From Sphyrna mokarran (Eukaryota), in the NCBI GenBank assembly GCA_024679065.1, contig JAGIQG010000008.1, positions 97,092,001 through 97,156,000 of the forward strand: a stretch of 64,000 nucleotides of DNA, read 5' to 3'. The notes beneath the pieces were generated by a model. The model did no database searches. It saw only the letters and a program-made list of their open reading frames with translations, and had not been told where the DNA came from. A program made the position numbers and the translations under genes. Below, in pieces: positions 38,701-47,449 of the stretch (positions are counted from its first letter, which is position 1; the number at the start of each line of letters is the position of its first letter).

Positions 38701-41496
38701 TATAATTAAAGCTTTGCAAAATCCTTATTTCTTCAGTAATTTAGTATTTTTGTTTCCCGTTCCTAATGACTCATTTTCTGCCATTTGCCTTCAGACAAGA
38801 CAGGACATACATTTCTAATTCGTACGTTCCCTAGACGGATAGGAAAGGGAAATCAGGCTGGTGAGATTGCACTGGAAGCTCTTGACATCTACCCATTAGT
38901 AGCTCACACTTGGATTTATTGAAGCAGCAGCCTAGGCATAGGGATAAAATAGAGCTCAATGATTTCCTAGCTGCAGAGCATATTTCTACCATGTTAAGAT
39001 AAAACTGCCACATCTGGTCATTGCACAAACTTTTCCCTGAGTACGTCAACTAATAGTTTTTCTTCATGCTATCTAATCAAATCCAATTTTCAACACATTT
39101 TTAGTGCAACCTTATTTTTAATTAAAATGTGAATAGTGTGTGTGCATGTAGCATCGTGATTTTCTTAGGTGCCTTCTAATTGACAAGATGGTGTGAGTTG
39201 ACTGGGATTTGTGCCATTTCCTCAAAGCAGGAGAGATGGACCTGCAGTTGGCCGCTGAGAGTCTGCACTCTCCTCCTTTATGCTGGCAACTGCACGTAAA
39301 AATGGTTACAGTGAGATAAGCAAAGAGCCATAAGACATTCCTCCTCAGTCTGATGCACAGTTTACGGTGGCAGTTGGAGAAACTTTGAACAAACTGCTGA
39401 CAATTCTCCTCGCCTCCGATGGTTGTTCCTTTATTCAAATGTTCAAAGGTGGATTACAGTGCACAGAGTGGACTCCACTTTATCCATCAATTTCTGATTG
39501 TTTTTGGTTCTGTATATAATTAAAAACAGAAATCTTAAATCATAATATCATTGTTTGAGAATGGGCAAAGCATCCTGATCCTTCTATTGGCAACTGGTTT
39601 TACTGTGTCTCATCAGTGTTACATTATTCATGCATCAACGCTTTGGGTGTGTGTGCACACATATCTCTGTCCTGGTTATTGGGAGGGGAGAGAGTGAGCA
39701 CTAGTTCTCACTCTACAAGACTGGATGCACTGAGCTCAGCCTCACTGCATTCAGATACACTTAGAAAAAGAAAGGAGAAATATAACTTGGAATAGAAATT
39801 CAGGAATGGAGCTTATGTTAACTTTAACTGAAACAGTAATTGGGATCTCATGCTGTGTTTTCATTGAAGATTAACGAAAGGGTTTGTTCTGCGCAACCTA
39901 TGTGCAAATACCTTTTCTGATTTCCTGTCTATATCACCCAAAGTGCTTGCCTCAATCCGCATGCCTCTCTCCACGTTGAATTGTTATATGTCAGTTTTGG
40001 GGATCTAAGAAAAGTTGCCATCTTCTGAGACTTTTTCCTTGCAGAAATCAAGCAAAAAGTGCAAACAATCTGTGTCCTTGTGCACAGTAAACCTGAAACA
40101 TCAGAATGCAGACAATAGTGGATACAATGACAACCTTTGCATCATTCAGACACTGGCCTCTGTCTGAGCTTGGCATTCCCCAAGTTAGCTTTGTTTTACC
40201 CAGGCAGCCAGCCCTTGACACATTTGCCACCACTGGTAATCGCTGCTCCTCCTCTGTTTCTCGCCCTCGTTTGCTTCTGATCACTTATCAGCAACAAATG
40301 TGGGAATAGAATGGCCTGTGATTGGAAGATCAGCCCTTTGCAAAATCTTGAATTTCATTTACGTGCATTTGAACTGACCAGTTTGTCTGCCAGCCTGTAC
40401 CAGTTTTTGAGCAGTAGCTTTGGGGACCACATAAAAGGCCTGCAATCGTTGAACATCCAATTGATGAAGCCTGGTAGCAGACAGCCAATAATGCACTGGC
40501 TTTTTGAATCTTACCAGATCTGCTACGGTGTTCAATCTTTTTGTAATATGGACTGACTTGGTGCTTAATAGTTGAGGTCATGCTAACTGTCCCACTTATC
40601 TCCTTTGGTTCTCTCTTTGCCAGTTGCCAGGATGTGATATGTTTCATAATTGTTTCAAATTTAGTAAATTTCTCTGAACTGGAAACATGCCCATTCTGGT
40701 TGATAGTGCACAAATATTTGCCCAGAAATAAATAAATTGTATCAATTTGGCTTTTCTGTGCAACTAATATATAAACTAAAAACTTGTTAGTATTTATATA
40801 TAGCACTTCAATCTCGCAGTCAGAAGTTCCAGTGTGAAGAATAGAATTCCTCCTTGTATCTCACTCCTGATTATTTCTGTTTCTTCTTATGGCTCTATCT
40901 TCATTATTCCTTCAACTCCACATGCACTCAGTTGAGACAGAAAGATGGCTAGATTGGCTCTGACTGTTGTCTTGCTTATTTCTTTTCAAAGCTCGTGATT
41001 TATGCAGGGACTTGGTGACAAATGCCTCACTTTTTGTAGAGTATCGGAAGCAGTTGAGACTAAAATGAAAAGGCCCCTAGTGTAGGAATGCAGAGCTCTA
41101 CTGCTAGAATTTTCCTTGTATTAATAGAATTAAATCAATATCTATGTCACATTTTTTAAGAGTTTTATTGTTATGAATTTTATTCCAACAGATATTTTCC
41201 AGGAGGTGTCACAGATTACCTGTCAGACAGAATGTCCTAAAGCTGGCCAGCCTGTGACGGTTTCCTGCACAATTACAGGATCCGCTGCAGAAGACACCCA
41301 CCTCACTTGGTACAGAGATGTTTACCCTATTGAAGATATGAGCTGCATTACCAATACACCATTTAAAACTGGTGTAGGTTTCATCACTTATCTAACTTAT
41401 GTACCAAAGCAAGAGGATAGCTGTTCTAAACTCCAACTTGATGTGATTACTGAGATGGACCCAATTTGCAGATACTTCCAGCTGAAATTAAATTGA
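5670..41496 (+). CDS. NCR3LG1: B7-H6/NCR3LG1-like type I membrane protein with seven post-TM C1-set Ig domains (12 coding exons, 1104 aa)
   Basis: join(5670-5781,14787-15125,20085-20417,24721-24834,27575-28000,28942-29322,29556-29864,34090-34410,36498-36809,37785-38099,38373-38420,41192-41496) = 3315 nt open frame, all GT-AG and phase 1. IgV GDASLHLPKIQLAEEGEYTCTVFVTP resembles B7-H6 [26 protein letters not shown]. NUCB2 remnant adjacent. The symbol denotes family membership, not proven 1:1 orthology. Confidence 0.85.
6290..6475 (-). mobile_element. Penelope-like 3' fragment with hammerhead motif (6357-6396)
   Basis: Homologous to 2710-2880. Minus strand ATTTGC-CTGACGA-A-GGCT-ATAA-AGCC-GAAA-GCTT-GCGAGT. 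Confidence 0.75.
6594..8466. repeat. Long inverted repeat (arms 6594-7198 and 7861-8466)
   Basis: ~605-bp arms with about 4 differences seen; mirror-image ORFs 7007+/7729- and 6850-/7973+. Confidence 0.95.
8467..9360 (+). mobile_element. CR1 LINE fragment, degenerate
   Basis: ADDTK motif at the start, then IEYKSREVML and RGNLIE motifs. Confidence 0.85.
9937..10570 (-). mobile_element. Rex1/Babar-like non-LTR retrotransposon 3' end
   Basis: KKAHRRLYFLRRLRKFGMS..YRSTIESILS..LFHLLPSGKKYRS..KNSFFP motif chain and a short AAATC-type repeat tail. Confidence 0.8.
10705..12175 (-). mobile_element. CR1 LINE RT region
   Basis: VTSGVPQGSVLGPLLFIIFINDLD, DFSKAFDKV and QHGF motifs, with frameshifts. 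Confidence 0.95.
12690..13200 (+). mobile_element. CR1 LINE 3' fragment
   Basis: Degenerate ALKAVQRKFIR and RGDLIETY motifs plus CR1-type 3' UTR. Confidence 0.75.
13200..13960. mobile_element. Old L2/CR1-group LINE fragments in mixed orientation
   Basis: YKGQVRSVMDFS and KLKTIKDKA motifs; related fragments near 9740, 23700, 31000 and 56650-58750. Confidence 0.55.
13965..14545 (-). mobile_element. CR1 LINE 3' end
   Basis: TRGHSLKI..LRRNFFSQRVVNLWNSLP motif. Confidence 0.9.
14787..15125 (+). CDS. Exon 2, V-set Ig domain (B7-H6-like)
   Basis: tttag acceptor, G|gtaag donor; ISLECKF..GVQW..GDASLHL..EEGEYTC with both Cys and the core Trp. Confidence 0.95.
16268..16571 (+). mobile_element. tRNA-derived SINE
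   Basis: Head shared with the other SINE copies; CR1-type tail CTGCACTGTAGGGATTCT. Confidence 0.65.
16740..17360 (+). mobile_element. Old CR1 fragment interrupted by a minus-strand SINE (~17020-17290)
   Basis: Degenerate SILGP, GLEYKN and EYC..LRKDI motifs flank a SINE homologous to 412-699. Confidence 0.55.
17450..17720 (+). mobile_element. Penelope-like 3' fragment with decayed hammerhead motif
   Basis: CTGATAA..GCTCC-AAAAGCTCGTG followed by AAATAAACCTGTTGGACTTTAA and CCCCAGTCCAATGCC, matching the element end near 2680-2760. Confidence 0.6.
18262..18897 (+). mobile_element. Young CR1 3' end nested in an older CR1 (~18150-19190)
   Basis: Near-identical to 21871-22490, with (GTTCTAT)n tail. 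Splits the older element's RGD|IET motif. Confidence 0.9.
20085..20417 (+). CDS. Exon 3, extracellular C1-set Ig domain
   Basis: gcag acceptor, G|gtatg donor; TLSCDVTGFYP..IW..GTFSVSS..YRCFVTH; NLS sequon. Confidence 0.95.
20715..22490 (+). mobile_element. Young CR1 LINE, 5'-truncated ORF2 (RT)
   Basis: ORFs 20730-21425 and 21410-22411 with KSPGPDG, QHGF, PQGSVLGP and FADDTK; one frameshift and one stop; GTTCTAT tail. Confidence 0.97.
24721..24834 (+). CDS. Exon 4, transmembrane segment
   Basis: ttttctactttcag acceptor, G|gtaatg donor; EPEEYSP-LLAVIASIIGTLLICAFLFVTAVFYWF-RLRT, acidic before and basic after the helix. Confidence 0.9.
25140..25795 (+). mobile_element. Penelope-like element 3' fragment (GIY-YIG) with decayed hammerhead-like motif
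   Basis: KDILP..VVYEFQCQC..WYI..RL..IKQ; CTGATGA at 25712 and GAAA at 25728. Confidence 0.7.
26352..26598 (-). mobile_element. tRNA-derived SINE
   Basis: Homologous to 412-699. Confidence 0.7.
27575..28000 (+). CDS. Exon 5, post-TM C1-like domain 1 (both canonical Cys lost, long insertion)
   Basis: ttag acceptor, G|gtaaat donor; VPPEI..ATISYQILKFRP..GDRTFKL..ELIFHIQH..VTLDIR. Confidence 0.85.
28942..29322 (+). CDS. Exon 6, post-TM C1 domain 2
   Basis: aag acceptor, G|gtatgt donor; LTCSINGFKP..ITW..YICEVQH. Confidence 0.92.
29556..29864 (+). CDS. Exon 7, post-TM C1 domain 3
   Basis: ttcag acceptor, G|gtaagc donor; LYCRIHSFYP..VTW..DGLHYLTS..YTCRVEHKSL. Confidence 0.95.
31496..31812 (+). 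mobile_element. tRNA-derived SINE inserted in an old LINE
   Basis: GTGGTTAGCACTGCTG and GGTTCGATTCC boxes; CR1-like tail. Confidence 0.75.
34090..34410 (+). CDS. Exon 8, post-TM C1 domain 4 (F-strand Cys replaced by Met)
   Basis: tcag acceptor, G|gtaagc donor; TLSCKAFNFFP..IFW..EFKMQILH. Confidence 0.92.
34980..35009 (+). pseudogene. U2 snRNA 5'-end-like fragment
   Basis: CTTGGCCTTTTGGCTGAGATGAAGCGTTAG compared with U2 CTCGGCCTTTTGGCTAAGATCAAGTGTAG. Confidence 0.55.
35088..35445 (-). mobile_element. SINE-like repeat (third family)
   Basis: tRNA-like head on the minus strand; partial homologs near 4975-5160 and 23545-23690. Confidence 0.5.
35650..35810 (+). mobile_element. tRNA-derived SINE head (second family)
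   Basis: TTAGCTCAGTTGG and GGTTCAATTCC boxes; homolog of 3985-4125. Confidence 0.55.
36498..36809 (+). CDS. Exon 9, post-TM C1 domain 5 (F-strand Cys replaced by Phe)
   Basis: tag acceptor, G|gtaggt donor; VLSCSISNFYP..TAW..VFYFHVNH. Confidence 0.92.
36914..37178 (+). mobile_element. tRNA-derived SINE
   Basis: GTGGTTAGCACTGCTGCTTCACAG, GGTTCGATTCCC and family tail. Confidence 0.8.
37785..38099 (+). CDS. Exon 10, post-TM C1 domain 6 (B-strand Cys replaced by Ile)
   Basis: tttttcag acceptor, G|gtgggt donor; VTFSISLKSYAP..VKW..DGLFS..IRCEVIH. Confidence 0.92.
38373..38420 (+). CDS. Exon 11, 48-nt acidic tyrosine-motif micro-exon
   Basis: tttctctgtttag acceptor, G|gtgaag donor, phase 1-1; GVDSEDAAYENLGNDE. 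Confidence 0.7.
41192..41496 (+). CDS. Exon 12, terminal Ig-like domain 7 (F-strand Cys replaced by Leu) and stop codon
   Basis: ccaacag acceptor, phase 1; GQPVTVSCTITG..LTWYR..FITYLTYVPKQED..LQLDV; TGA at 41494-41496. Confidence 0.85.
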
Positions 41497-41689
41497 CTTG
41501 GTATTTCAGGAACAGGAAGCAGCTCACTGAGATTTTGATATGAAAAATGGAAGCAACACCATTGTGTTTACATTTTATATTTACTCTCCATGTGTTAAAA
41601 TATGGTCTAAAATATTCTGATGATTTATTATATCTTACAAAGACACAAGATAAATCAGTTAATCAGCAATACAGACAGCTGAATGATAA

Positions 41690-42100
41690 TGGAACCAAAA
41701 GAGAAAATACTGGAAAATCTCATCAGGTCTGACAGCATCTGTAAGGAGAGGAAAGAGTTGACATTTTGAGTCCAGACTATCCTTTGTCAAAGCTGAAAGG
41801 TATTGAAAGCAGGAGATATTGATACTCAAGAGTGAGGGAATGACAGATGAGTCATAACTATAAAAGAAAGGGTGGAAAGGTTGCTAATGGCAGTCTATAG
41901 AGGAAATAGGAAGTGTGAATGGTCAAATGGCAGAAAAGCTGAAATCAGAGGGTAAATTGTGACAGATGATGATGTTCGGAGGAGGGAGGAGAGAGGTGGG
42001 AGGAGGTAATATTGAGAAAAAGAGTGGAAAAGAGTAAGAAAAGGGTGTAAAATAGAGGGAAAGAAAAATAAAGATGAAGAAGTAAAAGGTAAAAATTAAA
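41690..42100 (-). mobile_element. Penelope-type 3' UTR fragment with purine-rich tract
   Basis: Decayed TTTGACAAAGG..GGACTC-AAAA hammerhead-like motif on the minus strand; related pieces near 26880-27000 and 58545-58630. Confidence 0.45.
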
Positions 42101-42828
42101 TGATTAATGAATTTTCCCCATGTTTCTAATTAGCTATTTATATCAAAATTGAAAGAATTTTCAATTTGAAGGGCCTTCAAATGCGCTGTTTCTGAAAACA
42201 GAATAACTACATAAACTAAAGGGACAAGAAATATAAGTGAGGAAAGAGAGGAGATAATGAATTAACTGCTAAAATGATTACTACAGCCTGTTGTGCTGGG
42301 TGCTTAGGGTGAGAACGAAGGACGCAGTGTCATCTCCTATTGTCATTCTTCAAGATCATAACTGGCCCCAGTCTTGTAATGTTCCACAAGTTCTATTTGT
42401 GGGGGTAAAGGTATGCAGGTGGCTTCCAGTATCTCTTGTCAACATCTTCTGCATAACTCGTGTGGAACTTTTTCCTGCAGGATAAAGTGTGACAATCAGA
42501 ATGTGCTTGTTGTGACTGAATTGTTATGATGCTGCGTGAGTAAGTGAGGGGTGCATGTGTGGAGAAAGATGGAGTGGTGTTGTGGTTGTAGGCAATGAAA
42601 GAAATCAGTGGAGGATAATGCCTGTGTGCTTGCAGGTTTGAGGAAAGGACCATTGAGATAAGAGATAAAATTCTTGGGAACAGTGGGGACGCTCTTCAGG
42701 ATTGCAGCCATGTTCTGTGAACTAAGTTAGCATTGACCTCTTTGGTCACCTCTTCCCACTGACTATAAAAGAGTTACCTGGACAGCTTTCTGTTGTCTGT
42801 TTCAGCTTTAATTGTTTGGAATACGAGG

Positions 42829-44069
42829 GTAAAGTTTGTTGTATTTCCTTTCTTTCATTTATAGTGATTGAGTAACTTGCTTGATTTATAAACCGACAAC
42901 ACATGAAAGTCCAAAGAGTTTTGTTTTTATCCCATGGCCGTGAATTTGAGAAATAAATATGTTTTGTGAAACATAGAAAAACTACAGCACCAACAGGCCC
43001 TTCGGTCCACAAGTTGCCTCAGTCATATCACTACCTACTAGGCTTACCTACAACCCTCAATCCTATTAATCCCCACGTACTCATTCAGAAGCCTCTTAAA
43101 AGACCCTCTCGAATTTGTCTCCATCACCACCGATGGCAGCTGATTCCGCTCACCCACCACCCTCTGAGTGAAAAACTTACCCCTGAATCTCCTCTTTACT
43201 TACTCCCCAGCACCTTAAACCTGTGTCCTCTCATAGCAGCCATTTCAACCCTTGGAAAAAGCCTCTGAGAATCCACCTGATGTATACCTCTCAATATCTT
43301 ATACACCTCTAAAGGTCACTTCTCATCCTTCACCACTCCAAGGAGAAAAAAACCGAGCTACATCAACCTATCTTCATAAGGCATGCCACCCAGTCCAGGC
43401 AACATCCTTGTAAATCTCCTCTGCACTGTTTCAGTAGCTTCCATATCCTTCCTTTAATGGGGGGACCAGAACTGAGCACAGTAGTCCAAATGGGGTCTGA
43501 CCAGACTCTTATAAAACTGCAGCATTATCTCCTGACTCCTAAACTCAATCCCTAGATTCATAAAGGTCAATACACCATACACCTTCTTAACCACAAGTTG
43601 TATTGTACAACGACTGTTAAACAGATGCATTTTATCTTTTATTAAATGTAGAACCAGACTAATAAATTTAGCAAACTCCAAGGTGCTGAAGTTTTCTACA
43701 AATACCGTAATTGAAAATCATGATTTTCACTCAGAGGGTGGTGGGTGAGCGGAATCAGCTGCCGTCGGTGGTGATGGAGACAAATTCGAGAGGGTCTTTT
43801 AAGAGGCTTCTGAATGAGTACGTGGGGATTAATAGGATTGAGGGTTGTAGGTAAGCCTAGTAGGTAGTGATATGACTGAGGCAACTTGTGGACCGAAGGG
43901 CCTGTTGGTGCTGTAGTTTTTCTATGTTTCACAAAACATATTTATTTCTCAAATTCACGGCCATGGGATAAAAACAAAACTCTTTGGACTTCCACGTGTT
44001 GTCGGTTTATAAATCAAGCAAGTTACTCAATCACTATAAATGAAAGAAAGGAAATACAACAAACTTTAC
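42829..44069. repeat. Inverted repeat (arms 42829-43174 and 43724-44069) involving a CR1 3' end
   Basis: 346-bp arms with about 3 differences; mirror ORFs 42966+/43696-; the CR1 body continues on the minus strand to ~43597. Confidence 0.95.
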
Positions 44070-44835
44070 ATGATTTTGCGACATGTACATCTGACAGTGT
44101 AGGGTTACAGAATTGCACCCCCACTTCTAATACTTTATTTTTTAAAAACAAGTAAATAAAATATGTTTTAAAACAATAAGATTGTTGTATGTACTATTAA
44201 CTGAAATCGGTTTATTCTATTTGAAGCTATTGTTTAGCTTCTGTGTATATTTGTAAAGCAAAAAAAAAGTTTCAAATTTGGAAGGAAGCTTTATAAGTTT
44301 TGAAACAAATAGGTGCAGGAATAATAACATTGTAGCAATAGATCTTAAAATCTGGGATAAAGCAAACAATATATTCATTTTATACTTTGATTAAATCTGG
44401 TTGCTACATCTACCATCAACCATTGTACATAGTAAAGAAAAGAGAGTAATCAGGATCAGATCAAGATGGATAGGGACAGAAATGGGGTCACTGGCAAAAT
44501 TTCTTACAGACATTGGTAGGGAATTTGCTAATAAGTTGAGGGATATGTGTGAAAATATGAATATCGTAGCCATGAATATGGCTGCAGAAAGCCCGTTTAG
44601 TAATGGGATGTGTGAGTGGAACTATTCAGTAATAAATGACATGCTGTGGAAAATTTTGTTAGATAGACCAAAATGTAAGTTAAATTTAGCCTTACATGTA
44701 AAGAACTCATTGCAGATGGTCGGGGGATATAGTCCATATCAGTTAGTGTTTGGTAGAAATCCTAAAATTCCGTCCATTTTGAATGACCAGCCTCCAGGGC
44801 TGGAAGGGATTACAAGTAGCTCTGCCTTTGCTGAG

Positions 44836-45285
44836 TGTTGGAGTAAATCCAAAATTAAAAGATACAAAATGGTTTACCTGGCACAAAAGGGACTCTGAAA
44901 AGAAACTAAAATGTGCTGATTTAGGCACTGACGTTGCACACCAATTTAAATTATGTTAGTGTCTAATTACTGCAGGAAATAAATCAGACATTGAGGCCCA
45001 GATGATCACATTACTTGAGATAAGGCATAACCAAAACAATGAGTTTTATTAACAAATCAATCATTGAAAAAAGGGCATAAATGTATAACAATGTGCTAAC
45101 TGCTAATAACGCTACTTGTCCACCATTTTTGACAATGTATAAAAGAAGCTCAGTTGTCATTTTAAAATGGAGAAAGTGACTGCGAGCACTGTGGTGAGTC
45201 CAGCGCTTCTCCCAAAGTTCTGTCTAATAAATTGCGTGTTAAACCTTTAACTCTGATTCCAAGTGGTGATTTTTTTCCCACAAAA
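44836..45285 (+). repeat. ERV 5' LTR
   Basis: Starts TGTTGGAG; homologous to 52506-52919; contains TATAAAAG and AATAAA. Confidence 0.9.
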
Positions 45286-45290
45286 AAAAT

Positions 45291-45308
45291 TGCCGTAGGT
45301 GGCAGGAT
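45291..45308 (+). other. Primer binding site, tRNA-Ser-like (degenerate)
   Basis: TGCCGTAGGTGGCAGGAT matches TGGCGTAGTCGGCAGGAT at 15/18 positions, just after the LTR. Confidence 0.7.
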
Positions 45309-45373
45309 CTCACTATTAGTTGATTGCCCTTGATTGGTGAACAGAGATTATTGAACTGTGGGAGTCAGACTGA

Positions 45374-45488
45374 ATAAGAAGTCAACACCAGGCGTAAGTC
45401 CTAACTTAAACCTGGTGTTGTCAGATTTCTTAATTTGTTTACCCCAGTCCAACACCAGCATCTCCATATCATGACTACCATCGACACT
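45374..45488 (+). mobile_element. Miniature Penelope-like insertion with 13-bp target duplication
   Basis: Flanked by GGAGTCAGACTGA at 45361-45373 and 45489-45501; internal inverted AACACCAGG/CCTGGTGTT; CCCCAGTCCAACACC end motif. Confidence 0.75.
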
Positions 45489-45954
45489 GGAGTCAGACTG
45501 AGCCAACAATGCAGTTAAAAATGGGTGAAAATTAGGGGAATTTATGGGACTATCAGATAGAAATAGGAATTGATTGCTTGTGCTGATCGACTAAGGACAA
45601 GGAAGTGTCTGTCTCAAACACGCAGCCTTAGACTGGTTGTTAAGAGGGAAAATCCCCCACGTGAAGATCAGGATGCTGAAGTGGCATAGAGGCACCAAGG
45701 CACTTAAGATTTTGAAGCACAAGTGATAAAGGTCATTTGGTATCAAATTCTGTAGTGGCAAACAAATGCAGAGTTTGCCACCTATTTGCATAAAAGTTTG
45801 TTTAGTTTGTGTACTTGTCTGTCACATTGCAAAGCGGTGCGGTAAGGAACAGATCACCCTGACCTACAGCTGGATTCTGTTGGAGGAGACACATTGCTGA
45901 GGAGATAACACGACGGCCACAACACGTTGTAGCCGGGGTGTCGAAGTTTGCAAG

Positions 45955-47445
45955 ATGGCAGGTAAAGAAACTAAGTGGGACCTGCGGGTTCCTTATTGAT
46001 AAATATATGACAAAGACACACTCGTTGATTAAGAAGATGCAAGGGATAACTGGGATGTTTCTCAGGCCTTAGAACAGCAGAGAAAGCGGCTAGATGTGGA
46101 AAAGAGAGACAGAACAAAAAAGGCAGGGATATTATTAGTACGTCAATTAGCTGGACTAATTGAACAAGTAGTCACCTCCACTAAAAAGTGGAATGAAGAT
46201 AAGTATAAAATTTTAAAATTAGAATCCAGAGTAAGAAATTGAAGAAGAGGAATGGAGTATTAGAGGAGAATCAATGGGGATGGGAAACTGTTTCTTTGCC
46301 TCCTTTATGAGTCCACACAACAGGGACCAACTGCCTCTGCAGAAGAAGGGGAATCACTAGGACACAACTTTGTGCCAGTAACCTGAGGGGGAAAAGACAC
46401 GCAGCCAATAGCAAATTACAAACCATTCACTCCGGGGGAGAGACAACAGAGAGATAATGGCCTCCTTGGGTAAATTACAACCTAGAAGTGCAAGTACGAA
46501 TTTTGGGAAGAATTAGATACAGATTGGATAGGACACCGACTGCACTAAAGGGATATACACCAACTGGTTAAGGTTGCATGTCCAGTAGATAAATGGAGCA
46601 GATAGCCAGAGGGCCTAACATTCCTCCAGTTCAAGACTACAGTGGGGACATTGGACATGTCCTGACTTTGATTCTGAGGCTATTAATATATCATTTACAT
46701 AATGTAGAATCGTGCTACCCTCTGGTAATTCTATACTTTTCAGGTTGTCGCTCATTACTTGATGGAAGACGGAATCCCTGCAAAAGGCGAGTCCAAGTTT
46801 ACTGTTTGTCTCTAACAGCAGAATTAAATGCCCTCTTCACCCTGTTTAAAACAGAAGTCCAGACAGTTTTAGGAAATGCCCCTACCAATTGAAGTAAAAT
46901 CACAACAACCATGCAATAAAAGGGTGAAGGGGCCTCTGAATATGGGGAATGGTTGTTCAAGTATATCAGGAATGCTCAGGGCAAGGAAACCCAGGTCGTG
47001 GGTATCGAGCCTTTATTCAAGCTTTCAAGCATGAGCTCTCTGGCATTCACCAAACCATCTTAAAAATGGGAGTGACCATGTCCCAGGATTATGATGAACT
47101 GGTGAAATGGGATGGAGGCGGCGGGAGGAGAAATCACAGACAAAGATAAAACAGAAAAGAGTAGCTAGCTGCCTATGGTAACAGAAGCGGAACTAAGCCC
47201 AAACTGACCTGTCACAATTGTGGCCGACAGGGGCATTTTGCAAAGGAGCACCAGTCCCAAGGAAAGGAAATAAATTTGGAAACAGTGGGAGATATTGTAA
47301 TTATTATAATAAAAATGGACACGGAAGCAATATGTTGGGACAAATATGGGAGGCCACTCTCCCGATTCACGTCCACAGCGGAATTGGAGGAAATAAGGAA
47401 CCTGTGAGATCAGCAAGACTGACGGCTTGCAGCCCCTATTCATGA
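45955..47445 (+). pseudogene. gag: ERV gag remnant
   Basis: Lies between PBS and protease; degenerate Cys-His box CNYYNKNGH; disrupted frame. Confidence 0.6.
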
Positions 47446-47449
47446 GGGT

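Noticed and set aside
39200-40620. Several 70-158 aa ORFs in intron 11
   Set aside because: No Ig or other recognisable motifs and no consistent phase-1 splice boundaries.
45955-47445. ERV gag downstream of the B7-H6-like gene as a counterpart of the Gag-derived tail of human B7-H6
   Set aside because: The gene has its own terminal exon and stop at 41496, and this gag is full of stops inside an ordinary provirus. The proximity looks coincidental.
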